From Octopus sinensis (Eukaryota), in NCBI RefSeq assembly GCF_006345805.1, contig NW_021833803.1:1-64000 (forward strand): DNA of 64,000 bases. Reading direction: 5' to 3'. The position numbers and the translations under genes were made by a program. Below the pieces are notes generated by a model that saw only the letters and a list, made by a program, of their open reading frames with translations, ran no database searches and was not told the origin of the DNA. Below are positions 1 through 12,448 of the stretch, piece by piece; positions within the stretch are counted from its first letter, which is position 1; each line of letters begins with the position of its first letter.

Positions 1-200
1 CATCGGATATGGCTGAAACCCACAGTAATCCCGAAGCGGATGAGGGTGTTGGCCTCAGCTCGAGAGTCCAGCGTAAGCTTTCCGACTGGAATGTCGGTTC
101 CATTCCGAGAGTATCTCTCGAACTTGAAGTCCGAATCGAGAGTTTCCCGGAGGTGGAGGTCAAGGTCGTTAGTCGACATCCAACGGGGGATTCCCTTTAG
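1..200 (-). mobile_element. Fragment of ORF1 (gag-like) of the Jockey/I-like LINE family
   Basis: Minus-strand reading KGIPRWMSTNDLDLHLRETLDSDFKFERYSRNGTDIPVGKLTLDSRAEA aligns by eye with ORF1 at ~55050-55240 (KGIPSWVSEEDLDLYLKEILNPGFTFQRFYKNGRSIPVGKLSLNSRAEA); runs off the window edge. Confidence 0.75.
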
Positions 201-628
201 GATCAGGAATAAATTTTTCACAAAATTATTGATTCTCATTGGTAAATCAATTTGGTGGCCACATAAAATAAAGTCATATTTTTAAAACGTGCATATCTTC
301 TAATCTTAATTAGTTGACTAACGTAGTGACAATTAATAATTAACATGATATCTTATAGTTCGCCTTTAAAGATGCTCTCAAGACCACTCAACATTATCTA
401 ATATAAAAAACTCTTTGTCGGACGACAATTCCATTCGCTTGTAAATTCTAAACATACCTCCAAAACTACAATTGGAAAAAATGAGATTTATAAAAAGGAT
501 TTTCGGAATCACCTAATTAATAATAATCTCAATAGCCGTTGAGATTAAGTCTATTTTAGGGAAATAATATTTTTATGAGTCCACTGCAATAAAATATAAA
601 TTTCAACATTAAAAAGTAAATAATATAT

Positions 629-1050
629 TTACTGATACAAAAATTTAAGCAAAATGAATAGATTCTCTGTTGAAAAGGTAAAGAAGCCTAAAAATGCGAA
701 AAAAGTAAGCAACTTGAGAATATCATCAAAGTCTATTGTTCTAGCACGTCTCTTCTCAAATTCATCAACAGAAAGAATTTGATCTACAACTGGGCGTATG
801 TCAAAGGTATCCGGCAGTAAAGTTTCTTGGAAAGAGCAGGCTATACGATAGTTCTTTTCGAGTAATTTCAAAACTTTCTTATTGCTTTGATAAGTTTAAA
901 CATAAAACCGAAAAGCAGCTCCAAGTGTCTTGTTAGGACGGGTAAAACAAACCACAGAGCAAAAACAGCGGTTTAATGTTGTAATTTGAATTTCGGGTGA
1001 TAAGTTACTTTGATAAAATTTTGTAACAATCATTAATCTAAAAATATTCA
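629..1050 (-). other. Possible spliced host gene of unknown function; exon structure unresolved
   Basis: Protein-like stretch (ETLLPDTFDIRPVVDQILSVDEFEKRRARTIDFDDILK) with intron-like AT-rich interruptions; no family recognised. Confidence 0.25.
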
Positions 1051-1636
1051 TTTATTAGGATAAAAATATTCTTAAAGAATAATACTTCAAACAAATAGTC
1101 GAGTTTGCTTCCAAATTAGCAATGTATAATTTGAACGTCGACGTGCCAACGGATATTTTGTAGATTTTGCTAATTTAAAATGAAGAAATTAACGACGTAA
1201 CAAATAAATTTTAACTAAACCAACATTTTATTGCATCCTTCTGTTCGAGTCGAAGAATATTGTCGAATAACGTGAAATGAAGAATTAGGAAAATTTTTAA
1301 AGGCACCAAAAAATTTTACAGAGCAAAAAAAATTTACAATTGCGTAATGAGAACTTACATGAATTATCTATTATAATCATATATTATCTTTACTTTAAAT
1401 ATTGTATTTTCCCAAATATTTTCATTCATAATTGAATTAAGTTCTTTATGATTTGAATCTTGTGCGGTTCTTTAAAAAATAAATTCACAACTAAGATAAG
1501 ATAAATTCACAACTACGTGAAACCATTATAATTGAAAATTTAATAAAATAACATAAAATTTGTTAGCTTAATTTAAATTATTATTATTAATAATTGAAAA
1601 AAATATATTAAACTTTTTTTTGTGAATAATAATGAA

Positions 1637-2373
1637 ATGTATAAAACGTTTAAATTTGGAGAGCTGAATAAGGAAATTAGAATAATTGAAGTGCTATTTT
1701 CATAATTCATTTAAATTTCAGGTGAAAGAAAATAATTTTTATGAATTTGTTTGGCCATCTGCAGTTGTCCTTTCATACTATTTATTGCACTGTCAACAAA
1801 AATTGAATGGTTCTCGTATTATTGAGGTTTTCAAACTTTTTAAAATAATTATTATGATATTTAGTTGGGATGTGGTGTCGGACTTGTATCATTAACTGCA
1901 GCTCTCTGCAATCCGTCATTTGTAATAGCAACTGATTCAGAAATATCTTCAACCAAAATTAACATAAGAGAAAATAATTTACAACATATTATTACTCCTT
2001 ATAAACTCAGATGGGGAAATTTTCAAGATCATATTGACCCTCAATTACCACGGGAATATGATTTGATATTACTCGCTGATTGTTTCTACGCGAAGAGCGA
2101 TTTCGAAAATATTTTGTGCAGCATTAATTTTTTGATGGCAGGCTCTAGGAATTGTGAGGCATGGATAATTTATCAAGTTCGGTGGTATTATTTTTTTTAA
2201 TTTTTAGTGTTGATTGGTCATTAATACCTCTTCTTAGAAGATGGAAACTAGTTGCTGAAGCTGTCCCTATTTCAACATTCTTAAAAGATCTTAGCATTTT
2301 AAATTTGTGTCAATATGGAATTGGAAATGAATCTGATCCAGTTTTGCAATTGATAAAACTAAAACTTGTTTAA
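1637..2373 (+). CDS. METTL23: METTL23-like seven-beta-strand methyltransferase; 3 mini-introns (1691-1722, 1827-1864, ~2185-2207)
   Basis: Spliced product has VWPSAVVLSYYL, SAM-binding IELGCGVGL, LRWG, DLILLADCFY, DFENILCSINFLM and YQVR..DWSL..LL..W, matching METTL23 as remembered. Confidence 0.88.
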
Positions 2374-4479
2374 ATATTTTTTGTATTTGTAAAAGATCAC
2401 CTCTCATGAAACGGAATATTTTTAAAACTAGCTATATTTGAAAGGGTGACCGAAGCTTCACAAACCTAAGGTTTTCAAATTATTCCTCCTTTTGGAAAAG
2501 TTACGTCGTGTTGACTACGTGAAAAGGATTTTTCAGTTGAACTGATATAATTGATTTGATTACATTTTTGTCTAGAGGTTCGAGGGACAAAGCCGTCAAC
2601 GTTGTTAAAGGGAAAAAAACAAAGATCACAAAAGTTGTCCAGAGCCACGCCATGTTATTTCTAATGGCTTTTCTATATGGACTAATAAATTTTTCATGTC
2701 TTCTTTGTAGTCTAATTTTGACATTAAAATTACCGCAATAACAGCAAATGAGAAAGAACTTAAACAAATTACAATTTCGCTAAAATAAATACAAATTAAA
2801 ACAAAAAGTACGGAATGCCATTCTGGTTTAAAATCGACCTAAATTTTGGATTATTACTGTGCCTGATCTAGCGAAACAAAACAGCCCAGTGCACTATAGG
2901 ATTATCGTAATTTTAAACTTCTAATGTCATACCTGACTCCAGTAAAGGCATGATGTCATGGATGTCGGGAACATTTTTTAAAGAATTGCTGCTATAAAGG
3001 CAGGTTCTGTATCATCTTTAAAAAACTTTATGCCGGTAAAAACCGGATTCGTAGTTTGACGAAGTACCAAAACTGAAATCGATGCTTTGCACGAATTCGT
3101 TTCATTTTCAAAGGGTAATCACAGAATTCTGGCAATGATTGACCCAAAGAATGTGTCAATTTTTACTCTGTAAAATGAAGTTCAAAGGGTGACCTTCAAG
3201 CCACTTTTATCCTCCCTCTTAATCTATTATTCTTAATCTATGCTATCTATCTGACGGAGTAATTAGAAGAACCCCTAAAACTATATTGAAATCACTTTTG
3301 TTAAACTTTTAGCTCTTGAACTTGAATTACTTGAAGATTAGTTTGAAAGCGTGAAAAAATGTGCAAAAAGCATTCTGAACATCTGTTTTGCTACGCAGTT
3401 CTCTCTCAATACAATGACCAGAAAATATCTTTTGGTATGAATGATTACCTTCTCGCTTGAGAAAAAGTGGGATTACGTACTCCATCTAACACAACCTGCC
3501 AATTGCAATGAAAATCACTAATCTACGCCAATTCGTACGAAGAATTAAATGAACGAATGACAAAGGCCAATCGGCATGCTTAAGAATGAGTATCCAGCCC
3601 CTGAGGGGTGCAAAGGAGAACTACTACCTCTGCCTTCTGGACGAAGAATCCTGGAGAATCAGAGAAAAATGTCGTTCGGAATGAGGATTATGTTAAATTA
3701 ACAATAAAATGAAAATTAAGAAACAAATGATAAATGAGTCTGAAATTCTGATCTTCATTTCTGATAAATAACTAATGCAATTCGCGAAACTTATTTAGTA
3801 CACCAACTCAATAAATAAATTTAATCCCAGATTTTGATTTCAATTATTATGTTAATAAACTGTGCTGTGCATTAATGACATTTTAGTATAATAGTTGTCT
3901 GATTCTTTTGGATCTGCTGGCGTTTTAGCCGTGGCCGCCTGGGAGTGTTACCCCAGGGGACTGTTGTGTGACGATTCTTCTATAGATACAAATCTGGTGA
4001 TTCCATTAGAGCGCCCACGCTGACCAGATTAGTGGCTCTTATATTTAAATTTCAAGGGAGGAATAAACACTGCAAGAAACAAAACGTGCCGCGCGTATAG
4101 TTTATAAGTATTCATACAAGATTAACTTTATGCTTGAGTTATGGTTTGACCCTAAGAGGTCTTTTGGGTTTCTTTGTGCCGCATTCCCTCCCAATTCAGG
4201 GGGAATAGGGTTAAATAAATAAAATAAATAGTTGTTTATTTGGTATTCACATGGATGAATTATTTTTCAATGAGTATGATAGGGGTTTAATTGCCCATTT
4301 CCTAGCATGTGGTATGTTTGAACATTAATAAAGCTAAAAAAGGAAACTCAAAAGCGGGCAAAATCAACTCATAGAAAGTCTTTTATCTTATATCCAGCGG
4401 TAAATAAATGTTTTCTACCAACAAAATGATTTCTGAAAAAGCAATCCCATATTTTTTTTATCTTTTTAACGGCAGATCC

Positions 4480-4991
4480 TCTCACCAGATATCTTTGTCC
4501 TTGATAAAACGAAAAACGAAATCACTCTAATTGAAGTCGGAATTACTTCCCACGCCATGTTAAAGCAAGTGGAAGTAGAAAAACTACATAAGTATGATCT
4601 TCTTGCTGGAGAATTATCTCAAATCCACGGTGCGAAGGTAACGATAATCCCCATTGTCCTCACATGGGACGGGATAGTTTCTAAGTTCTATAAGTCTTAT
4701 ATGGAAAGACTGAAGTTGGATGCTTCTACTAGATCGTATATACAATCGCTGACAATTAAAAAGACATTGGAGGCCATGCTTGTTGAACATAAACATGGAG
4801 TGGAAATTGAAAAACATGAGGAACAAGTTTCGAGACCCACCAACCGCCTCCTAAAATTGGCTAGAGAAACAACAGATCCACCAGATTTGCCGGAAGATGT
4901 GTCTCATGTGTCATATGAAGTGTTAGAGGAGGAGAATACGCAGATCCAGTGCAACGGTCCAAAAAGAAGGAGAATTATATCGATTAGTTAG
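4480..4991 (+). mobile_element. 3' fragment of an RLE-type non-LTR retrotransposon
   Basis: PDIFVLD..KNEITLIEVGIT..EVEKLHKYDLL..IIPIVLTWDG is a PD-(D/E)xK restriction-like endonuclease signature; related fragments lie at ~14205, ~23470, ~29840, ~33985 and ~37245. Confidence 0.75.
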
Positions 4992-5272
4992 TTATTAGTA
5001 ACTAAAGACGTTAATTTATAATTAAATTTGTATTTTAAGCTTATTTGCTAAGTATAACAAATTTCTTTTTTTCTAGGAAATTATCCTTTTTTCAAATTTT
5101 CTTTAGTGCCAATTTTTTACTTTTTTAAAAAAATTAAGTAATTTTCGTTCTTTTAAAATCTTTCGACATGTTATCAAATCTTCTTACGAACGACAATTAG
5201 TACATTTCTGATTTTTTCAATAGAATTTTATTCTATTATTATTAAAGCAATCTCGCGGAATCAAAAAGTTAA

Positions 5273-5790
5273 TTAAGATTTCACTTTTGCCATCCGACTC
5301 AGGATACGCTCTGTTAGTCGTATCCACGCTCCCCTGTTAGGTGCGAGGTATCTCAGTTCGTCCAGATCATCGGCCGATTTCAGTTTCCTTCCAATCGACA
5401 TGAGATCATGGTCGAGCGTAGTCGGTAATGTTATTCTTTGTCGGCCCCTATATGCCGTTTTATTTAATGAGCAGAAGTAGGATTCCATGTTCTGATTGGC
5501 CGGCGTCATTTCCGAGGCTCTTAGGACATGTCCAAAGAGCATCCACTTCGTGAACATCACTTTCTTTGCAATCTCGGATGTATGGGTGATTCTGTAGAGT
5601 TCATTATTGGTCATCTTTTTTGGCCAGTGAATTCCCAGGAGTAGTCGTAGTTATTTTCTGTGGAAAGAGTTGAGCTGCTCCAGTTCTTTAGCGGTTAGGC
5701 CCCAGGTCCCCGCGTTGTAAAGCAAGATTGGTTCGACAAAGGAGTTGTACAGCCGAATTCGAAGGCGGGTTCCTATGTACCTATTTTATT
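5273..5790 (-). mobile_element. RTE-like LINE C-terminal fragment
   Basis: IRLYNSFVEPILLYNAGTWGLT..LLGIHWPKKMTNNELY..LFGHVLR is typical of the RTE-clade post-RT region; one internal stop. Confidence 0.7.
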
Positions 5791-5842
5791 CTATTACATG
5801 AAAATTGATGATCAAACTGAATCAAAAAAGTAAATCTCTTAG

Positions 5843-7443
5843 TGTCGCGCGCAATGGATGAAACGCGTGCCTAAAGTGAAACGCTGTGAACCTTGAGAAA
5901 ACCACAAAAAACCTCGAAAATAAAATTAACAATCCTTTGATGAAAACAGGAATAAAACCGAGAAATCAATTTTTTATTATTATCGTTTGAAAGATTAACA
6001 ATTTATTTAAATAATGGTTAGCCATTTTAAAATTACCAAAAAATTAAAAATATTTTAACCTGAAAATTTACCTGTCTAAATTTTTTTAACTTGTGATTTA
6101 AATACTATTTTTTCATTTCCATCTTGATCTTTTATTTTAACTCTATTATTTGAAATTAAATCTTCAACAGTAAAGATTTGTTGATGATAAAAAGATTCTA
6201 ATTTTCGCTTCTTCGTCCTTTGATTTGTATCAAAATCTTTTTTCAGCAAAACATTATTTCCAATTGCAATTTCTTTCAATGTTTTTGAAAAATTTCGTTC
6301 CATTCTTTCAAGATATTTGTCATTTATGATAGTTTGATTTTCATGTTCTTCAATTAATTCATCATCATTATAATAAGAAATGTTATATCCTCTTGTTCGG
6401 AAAAAAGCCATAAATGGTGACATATTTATAGAAGAATGAATTGAAATATTGTACTGATATACAATTTTTTCTAACACATCCACCCATTTTTTCTGTTTGT
6501 CTGTGAGTTCTTTTTGAATCCATCTGCAAATGGTTTGATTGCAACGCTCCACTTGTCCCTGTGATTCTGGATGTCTTGGACGTCCCCTTTTATGAATTAT
6601 TTTAAATTCTTCACATAATGACGTTATTTCTGAATTAACAAATTCTGTTCCGTTGTCAGACTGCAGAATTTTTGTGGACCATAGGAAAGAAATATAGTTT
6701 TCAATGATTCCGAAACTGTAACTGCTTCTTTATTTTCTATTTTTTAGCAAAGCAAAATTTTGAATAAATATCTATGACATTCATAAGATATTTATAGGAA
6801 TCATTTATATCTGCATAAAACGAAAGATCGACTAAATCAACTTGATAGCTAAAAATAAGCTATTGAATGAACCGTTCTCGAGGTTCTTTGGCTACTATGT
6901 TGACTAGTGGATATTTTGTCTTTAAGGGCTGACTTCGCTGACATTTGTGGCATGATGATATTACATCCCTAATTATGTTTCGATTGATTATGCAAAAATT
7001 ATTTTTGCAATACTCTTCCATTTTATTAAATCCATAGTGATAAATTGAATGAATCCTTTCACAATGCAGTTTCATGGATTCGAAATCATTTGAGGCAATT
7101 ACCAATATTTTGTTTCCATCAGATTGTTTATAATATAGCACACCTATCATTAGATTTAATAGTACCTCCAGAATTTACGAAATTTCTACATTTTTTGAGA
7201 AAACGAAATCTTTTTAGTCTTGAAAAATCTTCTGGTATTGTATTATTTATTAAAAAATCAAGAATATTCTTATACTCCTGATCATCCTTTACAATGTTGG
7301 CAAATCTCATTTCGATAATATTATCTCAAAGTGCGCAATCATCTTTAATATTGACTTGATAATTGTCAAGAGCTTAATTGAAGGTTAAATTCAAGGTCAC
7401 GGCGTTTCACTTTAGGCACGCGTTTCATTTATGGCGCGTGACA
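5843..7443 (-). mobile_element. Ginger/TDD-type integrase DNA transposon, 1601 bp, with intron-containing integrase gene (~7310 to 6076)
   Basis: ~55-bp imperfect TIRs with TGT...ACA ends and 5-bp TSD CTTAG (5838-5842 and 7444-7448); HHCC finger (IHSIYHYG..CHKC); rve core (QVDLVD, QSDNGTEF, HPESQGQVERCN); GT-AG introns 7144-7165 and 6849-6872; two further 1-nt frameshifts. Confidence 0.85.
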
Positions 7444-7905
7444 CTTAGTAATTAGTTTTTTTAATCTTAAATATTCAATTTTTATTGATATCAATCCTCG
7501 AATGGTAAAATACTTTGAATACTTTATTGACCAAAGGACCAGGGTAAGCCAGTTAATTATAATCCCCAGTGATCCCCGATTCAAGCGAGGGAGATCCTTC
7601 TGAAAGGTTCGATCCTGCCCACAATGATCGGACTGAGACGACGATGTCCCATGGTCAGAGTTCTAAAAGTCCTTTTTCGGTAGGCATTAAGTGTCTCCTG
7701 AGCGTTTCCATATCCGATTGAAAGTCCCAACTGACATGGTGGACCCCATAACGCCACCCTAAGACAGGAAGAAAGGTGAGAAGTAAAATGAACTTTTTAT
7801 AAGAAAAGATTTAAAGAAATCAAAAAAATATTTAAAAGCTAAACTTAAATTGCGCTAAGTTTTTTCGAAAGATTTATTTTCCCCTTGATCTAAATACATA
7901 AGTTA

Positions 7906-9267
7906 CTACCCGACAACTTTTTCGATTCTTAAAAACATATCATTATAAGCGGCTGAGATATCAAATGAAATCTCATTCTTATAGAAAATAACGAAATCGT
8001 CTTCGATAAAGATATTAATATCTTCGACTCCTTCAGTCTGATTAAGTCTCACAACTTCCTATACCATAGTAATACACAGAAGAAAACCATATATCTTTTT
8101 TGAATATCTTCTACTTGTTCAGGATCCTAAAATTATAGTCAAATCAAATCACACAATTGAAAGTCTATTTGCAACAATATACAAAGGAGCACTGACATAT
8201 AAATGTGACATGCTAAAAATATAAGAAACAATACAAACTTTCTTAAAATAAAAAATTGAATAAATTCTTTATTCATAATACGGAAGTTATCCATGTGGTT
8301 CACACTAAATACTCCTTTCTGGTTTATTGAAGAGACAAAAGGACATGCTGATTGATAAACACTTTCAATTGATTGCTGACTACAAATATAAAAGAATAAT
8401 ACAACCCTTCAACCAGTTGGTAATACGTATCGCGTATCGAATTAGGAATATCTGGAGTTAAAATTAGAGACGACGGCCAAATATAGTAACAAATGGCAAC
8501 TAAAGCTGACATTTTTAACCGTAGCTGTTTTATCTATTTTTATTATTACAAGTAATAAACAGCTTTTCCATAACCCGGATTGGTTTCATTCGTGGTTTTA
8601 ATCGATGCAAGTCCCAAAATTAAACAATCACGAGCCCTTGTGACATTTCTGGTCATCAACAGCAAAAAGCCTTTATAAAAGTGAAATGAAAGAAGTGCTA
8701 ATGAACAAGACAAAATCCCATCCTACAAATAAGCAAGACTAATTACTCTGAAAACATCCATATTGGATAAAGAAGCAAGCCCTTCTTCATATTTCCCAGC
8801 AATGCAATTTAGCCTAGCAGAAACAATAAGAGAAAAGTAAGCAAGATAGACAGGTACTGCAGGCAGTGAGAATAACTTTACTAAAAATGTTAAAAACTAA
8901 TAATAACCTCGCTGATTCTCATAATCTTTGATGTATTTGTTTATTGAGACAGTTACGTCACAGAAATTACATAATCGAATACAAGATTCAAAGTCCCAGA
9001 GATTTTCGACTCCTGGAGTCTCATTGCCGTTAATTTCAAACTAGAATACATACGTTATTAAGAATATATACCCCCAAAGCAAGACTACTGAGTAGCTCAA
9101 ATAAATAAAGCTCACTAAATGGAGTTGTGTTAGTAATCCGCGTTTCCTTAGAAGTTCGAGATAAATTTTGATCAATCGGATATTTTTTAACTAAATGTAA
9201 AATATTAAAAAATTTTAATTTTGTAATAAAATAAAAGCAAAAAAAACTTTAGTGATAAAGCTACCAT
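7906..9267 (-). CDS. EIF3L: Eukaryotic translation initiation factor 3 subunit L, divergent; about 7 mini-introns; 5' end approximate
   Basis: Spliced blocks LAYFSLIVSARLNCIAGKYEEGL, FHFYKGFLLLMTR, MSALVAICYYIWP, YQSACPF, HLYVSAPL and DINIFIEDDFV follow the order of eIF3L blocks (YFSLVGLLRLHSLLGDY, YYYVGFAYLMMRR, MHALLAI, SCPKF, KLYTTMP, VDFYIDKDMI). Confidence 0.8.
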
Positions 9268-9310
9268 GGAAAAATCTAATTGAGAATAAATATTAACGCA
9301 GTATTTCATA

Positions 9311-10256
9311 TTACCGAGTAATCGAATCAGTTTTTTTAGATTTGTCATAAAATCCGAAGCCATTTCCTTGCATGTTTGATCATTCTATCATAGTGAATCA
9401 ACAAATGATACAGGACTACGAAAATACCAGTCATATATACGATAGCTTTTTTATCTTCAAATGCAGCTTGCTGTATTTCTTTGATTTCTTTTTCATCTGT
9501 TTTTATGTTTTTAAAATCAAACATTTAATTCTCAGGTCATCTTCAATCTTTTTAATCTTATTGTAGTGTTGAATTTCTATATCTTCGTTTTTTAATATTA
9601 AAAGTTCTTTTTCTTTGCTTATTTCGTTAAATTTAGTATTCAGTAAGTTGTATTTGTCTTAAAAATTATATTTCTTGTTTACCTTGTAACTCATTGCAAA
9701 ATAAAGAATTTTGATGTTCTTTTAAAGAAAAAACAGTCTTCAATTCTTTAATGATAAATTAGCTATAAACGTTTATTGAGAGATTCGTTCAAAAGAGAAA
9801 CATTTTTTAGTTCTTCTTCATTAGTTTTTAGCTGTTCTTTCAAAATATAATTGGATTTTAATTGAAGGTTAAAATTCTATAGTATTAAATTTCTATAAAA
9901 GACATTAAAAAAATCCTCTATTTCTGATATAATATTTACAAGATCACTGTTGTCCTGAATCATTTTTGTCACCACAGTATTTTTTACAACTTATAAATAA
10001 ATTTATCTTTTACTTTTATTTAATTGATTTTTTTAAAATTTAAATTTTTTCTGAGTAGATATATCTGGGAGAAAAATATTTTAGTAGAATTATTATTTAC
10101 CAAGACTTTAAATCATGACATCCTTTTTACAACAGGTCTGTAGATATAGTGATACAAAATTCTAAAAGCAATTCTACATGTACGTATTTTATTTTTATTT
10201 ATTAACCTTCAAGATCACTCATAGCATTTTTTCCTAGTTTGGTTATAAAGCAACAT
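9311..10256 (-). CDS. Hypothetical K/E-rich coiled-coil protein gene with mini-introns; structure incomplete
   Basis: Stretches such as VTKMIQDNSDLVNIISEIEDFF and LKEQLKTNEEELK, separated by 25-35 nt GT-AG blocks; not all frames could be joined. Confidence 0.35.
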
Positions 10257-11213
10257 TTTACTGAATATTATTAAAATTCTGTTTTTTGTTGAATAAATTT
10301 ATTTTTACCTAGTTCTGATTATTGATCCAAATAAATTTGATGAATCGTGTGTATTTAGCCAGTTTAAGACCCATTAGAATTTTGAAATAATTTGAAATTC
10401 CACTAGAGTAATTCTCTATACCACTAACACACATGCTGCTGACTGAAAAATAAACTAGAAGCAGCTGGTTTCCCTTTTTTCTAGAGCCAGTCGGCCTTTT
10501 CCGGACCGACGGCAAGTGTTCCGACTGGATGACGACTTCTCCTTTCAGGAAAGGCAAGTCCCTAGTTTTAAACGCCACATGTGCTATTCAAAACCTGCAG
10601 CCACCCAGGCTCCGCCAGCGCTCAAGCCGAGGTGTCAAAGAGAACGAAATACCTGTGTATTCCGGATTATTTTGATTTTTCTCAGTTTGCCTTCGAAACC
10701 TGAAGAAGCACCTCACTTACATCGGTAGGAGAATCTCCTCGAAAATAAACGAACGGAGACAAGCTGGGTCTTTCAGGAAATGTCGGTCGCTGTGTTCCGC
10801 AGAAACTGCCATTGAATACACAGTGTGGCGTGGTTGAGCTGAACTTTAGGCTCTTGATTAACTTTTAAATCAATTTAGCCTAGATAGCATCTAACTTTGT
10901 TCTTTATTTAATGATAATTTGTACTACGTAAAAATTATTTAAAACAAGATAATGAAAAAAGAAATCCGCGATAAAAATGGTATTAACTTTGAAATATGTT
11001 CAAGGCCAAAAACAGGAAATTAATTTCTGAGGATTTTTAACCTTAATATTATTTAATTTGTTCATATAATTTTTACTAAAAAAAATTCGCTTGCAAATAT
11101 TTTTAAACATCCAATATATGAATTCTAACCTAAAGAAAATTTTAAACATGAATGATTTGAAGGTTAATCAAAACTTTAATACTTAGAAACCATTAGTAAA
11201 TTAGATTAATCAT

Positions 11214-12448
11214 CTAAATGTTGATTTTCTTTGAAGATTCCATTTCAATGATTCTCTTAACACCGTTAGCCATTTCTGCTACAACGTCAATTTCAGAAAT
11301 GCCGAGTCTTCGCTTATTCGATATATCGTAAACTCCGCCAACACTTTCGGTATGCTCTCCATGAATACCACGAGGCTGAACCATTAATTTCTCACAAATT
11401 TCTTTAAAATTAGGCTGCGAACTGAGCCAAGGGATTCTGATATGAACAGAAGCACGAATTGTTGTTCCCAAATTAGTTGGACAATATGTTAAATAACCCA
11501 AATTTTCGTTATGCGCAAAATTCATCCCACAGGCACCAAATTTATTTACTCCCTTAAAAAATTATATAAATAAGCAAGCCTCTATCAGTCTCCTGTAAAC
11601 TTCTGAAAGATTCCCTCCCTTCTGCATAGAAATTATTCTCAAATGATCTTCCTCGTTGACCCAGATCAGAAATGTTTTGGAATCATTATGATAGATTCCA
11701 CGTCCGGCAGGCCAATGGTTATATCCACAGGCAGTCCGTAGAAATCAAAAAAATTGTATAAACCCAACCTATTGTCGTCTTGAAAAAGAAAGTGATCCTC
11801 GACTAATTGCTTTTCGACTTCTTTACTCATATTGGACAAAGCATAGTATTTCCCAGCATGGTCCCCAGTAAATTGACTAAAAACTTTCTTAACAACGTTC
11901 TCCATATCAAGTCTATCCTACGAATACATATTTCAAGATAACATGTACCTGCTTTGACAAAAGAGGCGGGAATGGTCTGCCTTCAAGAGATCTTCCAACT
12001 CTGACACGTGTTGAAATGATATATTTATTATCGGGATCCAAATCTCCAAATGGCAGGTTGTCCAAATTACCAAAATTGGGTTGAGGGTGTGTTATTGAAT
12101 TACTTATCTAAGCAATTGAAAAGTACACGTACTTTGTGGTAATCTTTTATAATTAAATTAATAAGTGGTCCAAATAACGTATAGGCCTCTGGATCGCAAG
12201 CATACATACCTATCTGAGAATCGGTATTAGTTAGGCCTTACAAATTAAAAGCTAATTCTAACCTGGAGTGATACAATTTGAAAGTTCTCCTCCATAAGAA
12301 GTCTTAAGCCCCTTAAGGGAGTCGTAGAGATCTTGAGTCAAATATTTCTTAAGCAGGCTTTTTGATTCCGTAGTTTTATACTTTGTCCACAAAGCTTCCA
12401 TTCTCAAAACTAATTAATTCACGAGCTATCTGAATTTATACATGTCAT
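11214..12448 (-). CDS. AK: Arginine (phosphagen) kinase; 6 mini-introns of 20-31 nt, including one GC-AG and one apparent GT-TG
   Basis: Spliced product contains [77 protein letters not shown] and DISNKRRLG; guanidino-specificity loop has arginine-kinase length. Confidence 0.95.

Noticed and set aside
2500-3210. Possible PIG-Q/GPI1-like membrane protein gene on the minus strand (KWLEGHP; TTFVIFVFFPLTT)
   Set aside because: Only faint motif resemblance, and exons could not be joined into one frame.
7906-12448. Alternative genetic code or stop-codon readthrough to explain in-frame stops
   Set aside because: The stops in well-resolved genes fall inside removable 20-41 nt introns, and the genes end at standard stops.
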